Part shown: positions 56,466-64,000 of the stretch, in pieces
Layout: the number at the start of each line of letters is the position of its first letter
How positions within the stretch are numbered: position 1 is the stretch's first letter
IMG/VR virus record: IMGVR_UViG_3300042890_001190
Coordinates: 1,951 to 65,950 of that record
Reading direction: 5' to 3' (one strand)
Source of the DNA: a virus
Taxonomy: Duplodnaviria > Caudoviricetes
Length of the DNA stretch: 64,000 nt
Notes under the pieces: generated by a model
Database searches by the model: none
The model's input: only the letters and a program-made list of their open reading frames with translations
Told to the model about the DNA's origin: nothing
Program-made: the position numbers and the translations under genes

Positions 56466-57068
56466 TTAAGAAGTTGCGGTCGTGCTGTAAGTAACAGAAA
56501 CGGTATCGCCTGCAGTAGTGACTCGGGCCGTTGCAAATGAGCCTGCACTGTATAGCGTGCCTGCGGTGCTGCTTTGCGTATTGACCGCGCCAGAACCCGT
56601 AACCAAGAAGCAGCCACCCACCGTGCCGCCTGCGCCCGTGATGGTGTAGGTGATGGATGTGGCGGTCTTGGTGGTCACGTTGGTGGGCGTGGTGCCTGTA
56701 GATGTGGCAGACGAGAAAGACGCCGTGCCGCGCACAGCAGAGCCGCCAACTGTGTAATTTACAAACTCAGTCCAGCCCGCATGGGTGACCATAGTGTCCG
56801 CAGCGGCAAAAGTACCGGTGCCAGAGATCAATCCAAGGAATGGGCCAACAGTGGTGTACGCAGCGCCCGACAGTAACGTGTCCAGCATTAACTGCTTGCC
56901 CACGGCGTTGACCAAATTTGGGAAAGAGTCTTCCCACTTAACGTTGCCCTCAGCATCACGGCACACCACATGATAGCGCCCTTCCATACCCACGGACTCA
57001 TTGCCAGCGGCCTTGCACTGCAAGGTAACTTCCGCATGATCGCCAAAATTAGAAAATTCGTTTGTCAT
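56466..57068 (-). CDS. virion structural protein
   Basis: GRYHVVCRDAEGNVKWED..NLVNAVGKQLMLD; GDTVSVTY. Confidence 0.75.
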   Translation of the reverse strand: MTNEFSNFGDHAEVTLQCKAAGNESVGMEGRYHVVCRDAEGNVKWEDSFPNLVNAVGKQLMLDTLLSGAAYTTVGPFLGLISGTGTFAAADTMVTHAGWTEFVNYTVGGSAVRGTASFSSATSTGTTPTNVTTKTATSITYTITGAGGTVGGCFLVTGSGAVNTQSSTAGTLYSAGSFATARVTTAGDTVSVTYSTTATS

Positions 57069-57078
57069 GAGCTACCCC

Positions 57079-57492
57079 TTAATTTGAAGAGCGAATTAAT
57101 GCGGATGTCGCTGTATTGGAAGGCATGGTAATAAGGAATGTAGTCGCGGAAGTTTTGTCTGCGCCAAAATCCAAAACTGCAACTGACTTGTTGCCCTTAG
57201 ACGCATTGTAAATTAGAGCGCATCGTGCAGTTAAGCTTGAAGTCCAACTCGTATTCGCCCAGTTAACATAAGCCGTGTAGCCCGAAGTGCCCAGTGCAGC
57301 CCCAGTAAGCGTGTTGCCGCCCGCCGTATATCCGGATGCCACAACTTCGTTGGAGGAACTGTAAATTGTCGTGTCCTCGTTTAAATCTGCAGCAGATGTG
57401 TACAGCGCAATTTTGATTGTGTCGGTGAGCAGGTTGTGGACTGCTTGATACAGCTCCGCTTTAAACGATGTAGTTTGGGTTTGAACAATCAT
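57079..57492 (-). CDS. virion structural protein
   Basis: TSFKAEL..IKIALYT..GYTAGG..VLDFGADK. Confidence 0.8.
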   Translation of the reverse strand: MIVQTQTTSFKAELYQAVHNLLTDTIKIALYTSAADLNEDTTIYSSSNEVVASGYTAGGNTLTGAALGTSGYTAYVNWANTSWTSSLTARCALIYNASKGNKSVAVLDFGADKTSATTFLITMPSNTATSALIRSSN

Positions 57493-58139
57493 GAAACGGG
57501 TATCCTAACTTGACCATCGCGGTAAGCATCCATGCGCTGCTTGCCATCACCCAGATTTTTAAGCAAAGCAACAGACTGAAGATACATCTCTTGGTACAGC
57601 TTAACCATGTCAGGCTCGCCCTTCATAAAGCGAATGGCTTCAACCAAAGCGCCGTTGAGCAACGTCGAGTCAAAGTTATCGCCAAGCCAAGTTTGACCAG
57701 CCGTCACAATGGACACGGGGTAGTAGTAGTAATGCAACTCAACCGCGTAGCTTGCGCTTGGCGTTGGGCCAACAATAAAACTCAGTTCGTTTACATCGTT
57801 TGATTGCGGTCCAAAAATAGCATAGTGCTTTGGAAGCCCCGTTGCGGACGCATTTGGATATGCTTGACGGATGAAGTTCACATCCTTGTTTAGCAAGTAC
57901 GTATAGTTGCCCGATGCGTCAATAACAGCCACCGAGTAAGTGGACAAAAAATCATCCGGCGCTTGCAGGTACTTGTTGCCAGAGGTCAGTGAGCCAGTCA
58001 CGTTTTTCCGCAGGTTTGCAAGCTGCACTGTGTTGTAGATACGCTGTTCTGCCTGCTTTGCAAACAGAGCGTACTCATCCTCTGTGAAAGAGTTTTCACA
58101 GATGTCCGCAATGTTTTGCTTCAGTTCAACGTAGTTCAT
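57489..58139 (-). CDS. head-tail adaptor / tubular protein A-like
   Basis: MNYVELKQNI..QAEQRIYN..GPTP..LLNGALVEA. Confidence 0.7.
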   Translation of the reverse strand: MNYVELKQNIADICENSFTEDEYALFAKQAEQRIYNTVQLANLRKNVTGSLTSGNKYLQAPDDFLSTYSVAVIDASGNYTYLLNKDVNFIRQAYPNASATGLPKHYAIFGPQSNDVNELSFIVGPTPSASYAVELHYYYYPVSIVTAGQTWLGDNFDSTLLNGALVEAIRFMKGEPDMVKLYQEMYLQSVALLKNLGDGKQRMDAYRDGQVRIPVS

Positions 58140-58142
58140 GTC

Positions 58143-58409
58143 TTATGCCATTGGCCCACGGGCAATCGTCCCTTTTGTGGCGCAGCCATTGCCACGGGTT
58201 TTAATGCCGCTGGTTTTGGTGCCCATGCCATCAGGCTTATTGCTGATGCCGCCCACGCTCATGCAGACAGTATCCGCATTGCTTTGGTTTGGCTCTTTGC
58301 CGGGGTTGCTGGAGGCCTTAACGACCCTGCCACTCATGGTGTGAGGTTTGGCGTAGACGCTGGCATTACCAACTTCCTTACCCATCATTTTCTTGCTGAA
58401 GGTAGCCAT
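58143..58409 (-). CDS. small basic virion-module protein
   Basis: ATG 58409 after AAAGGA; ends KTRGNGCATKGTIARGPMA. Confidence 0.7.
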   Translation of the reverse strand: MATFSKKMMGKEVGNASVYAKPHTMSGRVVKASSNPGKEPNQSNADTVCMSVGGISNKPDGMGTKTSGIKTRGNGCATKGTIARGPMA

Positions 58410-58419
58410 GTTTTTTCCT

Positions 58420-58809
58420 TTACGTAACCGATACCGTAACTGTACCAACAAATGTCGTTGCCACCAAGTAATTCGGCGTCAACGGTGCATCAAAAAACCT
58501 TGATCCACCAACAGGGTTCCAGCCCCACTGGATGTCCCTAGAGCCGCCAGACAGATTGCCTTCTTCATTCAATCCGGACGTTATGTAGGTCGTGTCTTTG
58601 CGCGGGTTTCTGAGTGCCTGCGGGTCATCCACCGGGAATGTTCCAAGCATCAACTGCGGCTGGTCTGGGTCCCAGCACTCCGGGCACACCAACAGCTCGT
58701 ACCTGCGCTGCTTAATGACCTCTGTTCTGAGTAGCTTGAGTTTGTATTGCTGACCACAGCGGTCGCACATGGCAATCGCTTTGTGACCCGCTGCAAAACG
58801 GTTTGACAT
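58420..58809 (-). CDS. Zn-finger virion-module protein
   Basis: CDRCG..VCPECWDPDQPQL. Confidence 0.75.
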   Translation of the reverse strand: MSNRFAAGHKAIAMCDRCGQQYKLKLLRTEVIKQRRYELLVCPECWDPDQPQLMLGTFPVDDPQALRNPRKDTTYITSGLNEEGNLSGGSRDIQWGWNPVGGSRFFDAPLTPNYLVATTFVGTVTVSVT

Positions 58810-59513
58810 CAGTAGCCACCGTTTCCTATGCTGGCAGCGCGTGGAACAAATCTAACTGCCGCCTTCTCTCTGTCTTCGGAGGAGGCCAAATCCCAAGCTT
58901 CGTCATACTGAGCCTTGAGCACCTGAAGACGTTCCATTCCGCCGGGAATTTTCAGTGCAAGGTGGTAAGCCAAGCCAGCAGTCATTGCCTCGTAGAAACG
59001 GAATGGCATGTCCATGGTGTTGACGCCAGTGCCAGTGTCTTGCATGCGGCGCAAGCGCCAGTACACAAACACGTAAGGCTGCGAGTTGTCGGGGATTGGG
59101 TAAACCGTAATTCGCGGCGCATCAGTTAGCCGCTCAATCCAAACCTGTATGGGGCGAGCTTGCGCCAGCTTGTTGGGGATCGTGGCGTATGTGGAGACGC
59201 TGATGCGGGTGATGGTCAAGTCAGCTTGCGTAGAAGCGCTTCCTGCGCCCGTGCGAATGACGTGCTCCAGAAGGTCCACGGTGTCAGCGGGAAGGTTATA
59301 CGTTGCTTGGCCGGGGACTAAATTGATGGAGCCCTGCTCGTATGTGAACATGTTCAAGCCACGGTTGGCCCACTGGGAGAACATCAGGTTCATAGACCGA
59401 CTGGCTGTGCGTAGGTCATAGCCGGTGCGCAACTCACCACCAGCGCGTTCAAACGCCTCCTCAACGATTTCCGTTAAATCCATCGAAAAAGATGCTGTTC
59501 CAGATGTCGTCAT
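58809..59513 (-). CDS. head-completion / adaptor protein
   Basis: MTTSGT..IVEEAFERAG..GYDLRTA.RS.NL..WANRGLN. Confidence 0.7.
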   Translation of the reverse strand: MTTSGTASFSMDLTEIVEEAFERAGGELRTGYDLRTASRSMNLMFSQWANRGLNMFTYEQGSINLVPGQATYNLPADTVDLLEHVIRTGAGSASTQADLTITRISVSTYATIPNKLAQARPIQVWIERLTDAPRITVYPIPDNSQPYVFVYWRLRRMQDTGTGVNTMDMPFRFYEAMTAGLAYHLALKIPGGMERLQVLKAQYDEAWDLASSEDREKAAVRFVPRAASIGNGGY

Positions 59514-60124
59514 GCGGCCTCCACCAATAAGCCCGCCGTACGGGTTCCTTTGCGCTTGGCAAAGGATACCGCAGAAATGGACACGCCCAACGCGTCTGCG
59601 GCGGCTAGAGTTGTCTCAAAAACACGGCCATCGGACAAGCGAACTTTTTTACCGCCACCCATTTTCTTTGGGGCCATGTACGCATCAACCAACCCAACCT
59701 CTAGTATGCGGCGCTTCCCAACAGGCTTATTAATTCTGGCAATCAACTGCGCCGCCTCTACGCGAGCGCTTTTTTCCACTTGCGACAAAACTCCGCGAGT
59801 GGGATTGCTTGCCATGTTTTCAGCGGTTGGAAGTGCCGCAGCAGCAACCGCATTTTTAACCAAGCAAAGCCTTGAAAAAACATGCAAAGCTTCGACGCAC
59901 TCCGCATTGAATACCGACCATGTGTAGATTTGTCTGCCTGTTTTGGTGATCTGCTGGCCGTCCGACATGCTCCCGCCAAACCTTGCAAGCAAAGCTGCCA
60001 CGGGCGCTCGGTCGCACATTGAAACTTTAACGTGAACAGACACATACCCGGCTTTTGCAAGGTGCATAGAAACACACCCCTCTCCATCAAAGAGGCCTGC
60101 TAAGTATTCATCTGATGTTGCCAT
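59510..60124 (-). CDS. LAGLIDADG homing endonuclease (single motif) with C-terminal HTH
   Basis: EYLAGLFDGEGCV; FETTLAAADALGVSISAVS. Confidence 0.85.
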   Translation of the reverse strand: MATSDEYLAGLFDGEGCVSMHLAKAGYVSVHVKVSMCDRAPVAALLARFGGSMSDGQQITKTGRQIYTWSVFNAECVEALHVFSRLCLVKNAVAAAALPTAENMASNPTRGVLSQVEKSARVEAAQLIARINKPVGKRRILEVGLVDAYMAPKKMGGGKKVRLSDGRVFETTLAAADALGVSISAVSFAKRKGTRTAGLLVEAA

Positions 60125-60127
60125 GGT

Positions 60128-60376
60128 TTACTTCTTCGCAGTCTTGGCTGATTGCACAAACGCATTTGCAGTTGGTGCGCCAGCGCTGCCAACCTTGCGC
60201 ATTTTCTCACCAGAGCCAGCGGCAATCCGCTTTTTCTTTGCGTTGATGTTGGCATACAACCCAACTGGTCCGCCTTCAGCGTACTGCGTGAAGTCAGTGT
60301 CGTCCCGGCGAGCTTTACGTTTGCCGGAAGGCATCTTAGATGGGAGGATGTCTCCCATGCCGCGACTGGCTCTCAT
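60128..60376 (-). CDS. small basic protein, two halves joined at YAEGG
   Basis: MRASRGMGDI.. and GLYANINAKKKRIAAGSGEKMRK.. Confidence 0.75.
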   Translation of the reverse strand: MRASRGMGDILPSKMPSGKRKARRDDTDFTQYAEGGPVGLYANINAKKKRIAAGSGEKMRKVGSAGAPTANAFVQSAKTAKK

Positions 60377-60377
60377 A

Positions 60378-60617
60378 TCAGCAAGCCTTGCCGCCGTGGG
60401 CCATCTTGACCATCGAGCCTTTAGTATGGCCCTTAGTCACGCAGCCGTCAGCTCGGGTCACGCCGCCGCCCTTCTTGTACCCTTTTTGGCCGCGTACTGC
60501 GTCCCGTGGGTCTTCAGATGGGGCCATCTTAGATGCCTTGTTGTAGGCTTTGTCTTCGGCTTCGGCAGCCTTCTTGTCCGCCATCATCTGACGGGCTTCT
60601 TTTTCTGCTGGGCTCAT
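60378..60617 (-). CDS. small basic protein
   Basis: YKKGG, RADGCVTKGHTKG, MAHGGKAC. Confidence 0.75.
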   Translation of the reverse strand: MSPAEKEARQMMADKKAAEAEDKAYNKASKMAPSEDPRDAVRGQKGYKKGGGVTRADGCVTKGHTKGSMVKMAHGGKAC

Positions 60618-60626
60618 ATCAACTCC

Positions 60627-61121
60627 TTAGCAGGCTTTGCCGCCGCGTGCCATTTTTACCATTGTGCCCTTGGTTTTACCCTTGGACGCAATACCGTCTT
60701 TGCTTGGAGCAGCGGTACGCACTGCGCCCATCTTGGTTGTGCCAACAGAGCCTCCAGCCTTCAGGCCGGCGTGAGCCTTAGAAGCGGGCATTGCAGCGTG
60801 TTTGCCAACTGCCTTGTTAATCATGGACTTGTCCATTTTTACATCCTTATGGGCCATACCGCCTTTAGCCATTTTGCCTTGGCCGTCAGCCGCAAAAGTT
60901 GGAACCTTTTTGCCATCTTTCATGGTCATCGGCATGCCACCAGAGGCGTAGCCCTTTTTCATCATACTGTTCATATCGCCACCTTTAGAAAATTTGCGGC
61001 CCTTGTCCGCGTTGGAGAAATCTTTGCCCACGGATTGTGGGACGCCTGCTTTCTTTGCAAACTCCGGGCTGTTAGCCACCGCCGCCATAAAATTATGTTG
61101 TTTCTTGCTAACTGATGGCAC
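60627..61121 (-). CDS. basic Lys/Met-rich protein with five phi-xxGG motifs
   Basis: MPSVSKKQHNFMAAVA..; ends KDGIASKGKTKGTMVKMARGGKAC. Confidence 0.75.
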   Translation of the reverse strand: MPSVSKKQHNFMAAVANSPEFAKKAGVPQSVGKDFSNADKGRKFSKGGDMNSMMKKGYASGGMPMTMKDGKKVPTFAADGQGKMAKGGMAHKDVKMDKSMINKAVGKHAAMPASKAHAGLKAGGSVGTTKMGAVRTAAPSKDGIASKGKTKGTMVKMARGGKAC

Positions 61122-61356
61122 TGCGATGCTCCTTCATAAAGTCATCAATCTTGCTCTCAAGCCGGTCTAGCCGCGCCAGAACACGATTAATATCGCCATG
61201 CACATCTGCCTTAGTCACATACTTCTCAGCATTTTCTTCGCGGGTCTTACTCAACAAGATGCTCAGGCGCTTTACTTCATCGTGAGACACCTTTACCCAA
61301 AACAACAACGCCGCTGACGCAAACGACAACAGTACATTCCAAGCCATAAGTTCCAT
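61108..61356 (-). CDS. membrane-anchored coiled-coil protein
   Basis: N-terminal TM; LLSKTREE..YVTK..LDRLESKID. Confidence 0.65.
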   Translation of the reverse strand: MELMAWNVLLSFASAALLFWVKVSHDEVKRLSILLSKTREENAEKYVTKADVHGDINRVLARLDRLESKIDDFMKEHRSAIS

Positions 61357-61357
61357 A

Positions 61358-61801
61358 TCAGCACTTCCATCGCGCCAGTGACGCGGCTTGATTTGCAGTT
61401 GTTCCAAGTCTGTTGAGCTCCCCAGACTGGATCAAGGGGTGTAATTGACCGTGTTCAACAAAATGCAACACACGAAGATTCTCTACGCGATTATCACCGT
61501 GAACACCGTTTCTGTGATCAACCTGATCGCCTTTTTGAAGAGGTTTAATGAAGGCGTCTGCAACCAGTCTGTGAACTAAAAACGCCTTGCAACGCTCAGT
61601 TCTTAGTCCGCCGTTCCGGAATCGAACTTCAATGTAGGGCCTTGTCCTGCCATTGGCCTTTTTTGGGGTCAGAGCCATAATTTTTTCAGGCATAGGGACA
61701 TCTGCTCCAGCTCTTCCACGGCGGACTCTGGCAAGTGACTTTACTCGCCCCATGTTGCTCACTTGGTAGCGTCCTTCGTAGTTACGAATGTCGGCCCACA
61801 T
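61358..61801 (-). CDS. NUMOD4-HNH homing endonuclease
   Basis: WADIRNYEGRYQVSNMGRVKS; VHRLVADAFI..VDHRNG..DNRVENL. Confidence 0.88.
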   Translation of the reverse strand: MWADIRNYEGRYQVSNMGRVKSLARVRRGRAGADVPMPEKIMALTPKKANGRTRPYIEVRFRNGGLRTERCKAFLVHRLVADAFIKPLQKGDQVDHRNGVHGDNRVENLRVLHFVEHGQLHPLIQSGELNRLGTTANQAASLARWKC

Positions 61802-61802
61802 T

Positions 61803-62045
61803 TCAACATTTCCATCGTTGCATTGATGCTCTTGCACGGCTACCCTTTTCAGACTTTTCTGCGATAGGTGCCATTCTAGCGCAGAACGAGTCCTTACGCT
61901 TGCCACCCTGCGGTTGCGGGGCTTTGAGGTTGCTGCCGGTAGCTTTGTTGTAAACAGCACGGCCTTTAGCCGTTAACCCAGCTCCCTTGGAGGCAGGCAA
62001 CTTTTCACCACGACCAATTGCAAGGGATGGGGTTTTCTTAGCCAT
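61803..62045 (-). CDS. small basic virion-module protein
   Basis: GAGLTAKGRA..GSNLKAP..RKDSFCARM..RWKC. Confidence 0.8.
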   Translation of the reverse strand: MAKKTPSLAIGRGEKLPASKGAGLTAKGRAVYNKATGSNLKAPQPQGGKRKDSFCARMAPIAEKSEKGSRARASMQRWKC

Positions 62046-62787
62046 TGACGACTTTCAGTTTGGGAGTGCAGTGCTGCTCGATCAGCGGCATCAACACAGC
62101 TTCTTTGAAGCTGCGGTGGTATTCCTGAGAGCCAACATGCGGCAGGGTGATCTCTGGGTCAATAAAGACCGTAAAACCGTCTGCGCGTGCGCGCTTGCAG
62201 AACGTGTAGTCCTCGCCAACGTACTGCCCATTGGTCAACTCAAAGTCAAACAGGGCGCTCTCGTTGCGGTTGTACACGTCATTGAGGTACGTCCACTCGG
62301 GGTGGCCTGCAACCATCTTCTCCAGCACATGGCGCTGGATCATCATGAAGCCTGTAGCCACGTTCTCAACCCGCAACATGCCGTGCTGGTCGAACTCAAG
62401 CGTGTTGGCTTCGTCGATGTAGATGTCCAAGAAGAACTTGCGATCCTCTGACCTGCGGGTGTACATCCCGGCTGTGATGTCCTTGCCGGTACTCAGCGCC
62501 AGAAGGCGAAGCACAGACTCTGCGTCCACCACAATGTCGGCATCGACAAACAGGAAGTCCGTGCAGTCCGACTCCAAGAAGTTGGCGACCAGAATGTTTC
62601 TGGCCTTAGTGATAAGGGAGCAGCCCGACAGATGCGACAGTTGCACTTGGACACCAAACTGCGAAGCCTTGACCACTAAATCGGCTAAGGCAAACGAAGT
62701 TTTGATGTTCAACTTGCCGTCGTAGGCAGGGATCGCAATCATCAGTTTGCGACCTGCAACATCCATGGGGCGTGTCTCTTCAGCCAT
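62038..62787 (-). CDS. GT-A fold glycosyltransferase
   Basis: IAIPAY, SLITKARN, FLFVDAD (DxD), ATGFMMI, GEDYTFC, LPHVG. Confidence 0.8.
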   Translation of the reverse strand: MAEETRPMDVAGRKLMIAIPAYDGKLNIKTSFALADLVVKASQFGVQVQLSHLSGCSLITKARNILVANFLESDCTDFLFVDADIVVDAESVLRLLALSTGKDITAGMYTRRSEDRKFFLDIYIDEANTLEFDQHGMLRVENVATGFMMIQRHVLEKMVAGHPEWTYLNDVYNRNESALFDFELTNGQYVGEDYTFCKRARADGFTVFIDPEITLPHVGSQEYHRSFKEAVLMPLIEQHCTPKLKVVNG

Positions 62788-63259
62788 AAAAAATTGTGCA
62801 GTGAATGTTTGCGCCCAAGAACACGCGAATGCCTTGGTCCGCCACAATGCCCTGACCGGGAATCACCATCGTAAACGCCGTAGCGTTTGAGGCATCAGCC
62901 TGAAGCAGCATCTTGTTGTACACCGTCACGCTACCGCTTGCTGCATCGCTATCTGCCACAGTTACCGTGAAGACGTTGGCGTTTGTCACAGTTACTTGGT
63001 AAGGGTTGTCGGTCAAGTCCCAATCCAAGTACACCCACTGACCCGTAGACAAACCGTGGGCTGTTGCGGTCACTGTTGCCGTGGTTGTGGCGCGTGTGTA
63101 TGTACCGGAAATCGAGGTGTTTTCAACAAAAGCTGAATAACCCGTCGCACCAGAAAATGGGAAGATAGTCGCACCCTTCAAACGAGTGCGAGACGGAACC
63201 ATCAGCCCCGAAACCGCCGCGTGTTGCGATTTAACATCCGATTGCATCGTCATAATCAA
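62780..63259 (-). CDS. virion structural protein
   Basis: MQSDVKS..IPGQGI..TIFYG; SD AGGAG. Confidence 0.75.
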   Translation of the reverse strand: MIMTMQSDVKSQHAAVSGLMVPSRTRLKGATIFPFSGATGYSAFVENTSISGTYTRATTTATVTATAHGLSTGQWVYLDWDLTDNPYQVTVTNANVFTVTVADSDAASGSVTVYNKMLLQADASNATAFTMVIPGQGIVADQGIRVFLGANIHCTIFYG

Positions 63260-63267
63260 TCTCCTGT

Positions 63268-63289
63268 AAAACAGGGGCCGAAGCCCCTA
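63268..63289 (-). terminator. rho-independent terminator
   Basis: AGGGGC-TTCG-GCCCCT-GTTTT. Confidence 0.7.
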
Positions 63290-63296
63290 AGATCAA

Positions 63297-63830
63297 TTAA
63301 GCGTCAGCGAATGGTGTGGCAACAACGCCAGAGGCCAGCAAGACGCCAGTGACCATGTACTTGTTAGCCGCCAAAACAGTCACAGTGATGGTGGAGCCAG
63401 CAATACCGCCAGTGGTTGAGCCGTCCAAGTTGATGACATCGTTGGTTGCGCCGGGAGCAAAAGCCGTTACTGCGCCAGAGCTGTCGGTGTCAACCATGAT
63501 CATGGAGCCAACAAATTTGTCAGTGCCGTTGGTCTTGATAGCCACGGCAGTGGCAGCAGTCTCAATGACAAACGTGTAGCTTGTACCCACGTTGTTAGAG
63601 GTGCTTGGGTCTTGGCCGGGGCCAGATGTCACAGGGTTGGCTGTGGCATTGATAGTAGGCAACGTAATGACCAGCGTAGCGTCATTGGTACGAATGGTCT
63701 TGCCAGCGTACGAAGCCACATCCAGAGTAACGGTATTGGTGCCGTTAGCCAGATTGACAATAGAAGCAGGGCCTTGGGTGATGAAGCCAGCCAACGAACG
63801 GACTGGGCCTTGGAAAGTAGTCAGAGCCAT
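63297..63830 (-). CDS. capsid decoration / structural protein
   Basis: MALTTFQGPVRS..LDGSTTGG..ATPFADA; first gene after the capsid gene. Confidence 0.75.
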   Translation of the reverse strand: MALTTFQGPVRSLAGFITQGPASIVNLANGTNTVTLDVASYAGKTIRTNDATLVITLPTINATANPVTSGPGQDPSTSNNVGTSYTFVIETAATAVAIKTNGTDKFVGSMIMVDTDSSGAVTAFAPGATNDVINLDGSTTGGIAGSTITVTVLAANKYMVTGVLLASGVVATPFADA

Positions 63831-63836
63831 GATGAT

Positions 63837-63912
63837 TCCTCACATGCGAGTTGAGGCGTCCTGTCTGCATGTTGTCGGCCCGGAGCCGTCAGGAACGCCG
63901 GATAGTCCGGGT
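63837..63912 (-). ncRNA. structured RNA element downstream of the capsid gene (candidate Mu-gpT-DE-type motif)
   Basis: P1 GGCGTTCCTG/CAGGACGCC, inner hairpin CGGC/GCCG, pseudoknot ACATGC/GCATGT abutting SD GAGGA. Confidence 0.6.
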
Positions 63913-63929
63913 TTAAACAAATATACAGC

Positions 63930-63960
63930 AAAAGAAAAGGCCCCACAAGGGGGCCTTCTC
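63930..63960 (-). terminator. rho-independent terminator after the major capsid gene
   Basis: AAGGCCCC-CTTGT-GGGGCCTT-TTCTTTT. Confidence 0.8.
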
Positions 63961-63976
63961 AAATAATCCCGAAGGA

Positions 63977-64000
63977 TTAAGCGCCGGGAGAACCGAACGC
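63977..64000 (-). CDS. 3' end of the major capsid protein (..AFGSPGA*)
   Basis: C-terminal FGSPGA typical of this capsid family, followed by a strong terminator. Confidence 0.6.
   Translation of the reverse strand, partial: AFGSPGA

Noticed and set aside
59510-60124. Group I intron or intein hosting the LAGLIDADG ORF
   Set aside because: ORF abuts both neighbours within 4 nt; no room for a ribozyme core and no intein terminal residues
60123-61115. Long antisense ORFs (e.g. 60123..61115 +, 12418..13452 +, 22735..23691 -)
   Set aside because: Shadows of well-supported genes on the opposite strand; no RBS or motifs

Overview
Nearly complete genome of a tailed dsDNA phage with podovirus-like architecture; gene content and style suggest a freshwater Betaproteobacteria host (inference). 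Both window ends fall inside the capsid module: 1..67 is the start of a capsid-module gene and 63977..64000 is the ...FGSPGA end of the major capsid protein. Layout: head/packaging module (-; scaffold, GroES, portal, TerL, LexA-like HTH, TerS; 1-7407); A/C-rich early cluster of small genes (+; 7.7-12 kb); replication genes (-; TOPRIM primase, GIY-YIG, SF2 helicase, ParB-like; 12-17.4 kb); a translationally coupled array of mosaic ORFs (+; 17.5-21 kb); a ~700-nt non-coding locus (21.45-22.15 kb); recombination genes (+; PD-(D/E)XK nuclease, ERF, SSB; 22.5-27.2 kb); and a 36-kb virion/lysis module (-) with ejection proteins, a QueC-like enzyme, lysozyme, a 1872-aa repeat fibre, a glycosyltransferase and small basic proteins. 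No integrase, DNA/RNA polymerase, RT, tRNA or CRISPR was recognised. Best leads: (1) a tandem non-coding locus, a ~60-nt anti-RBS sRNA with its own promoter and terminator followed by a ~600-nt GNRA-rich structured RNA; (2) an orphan QueC-like enzyme coupled to a Gly-rich ejection protein; (3) a recurrent phi-[AK]-x-G-G motif across virion proteins; (4) a 3-copy palindromic operator at module boundaries; (5) RNA pseudoknots at two ribosome-binding sites; (6) homing endonucleases that duplicate the terminus of the gene they invaded. All calls are by eye; no searches were run.
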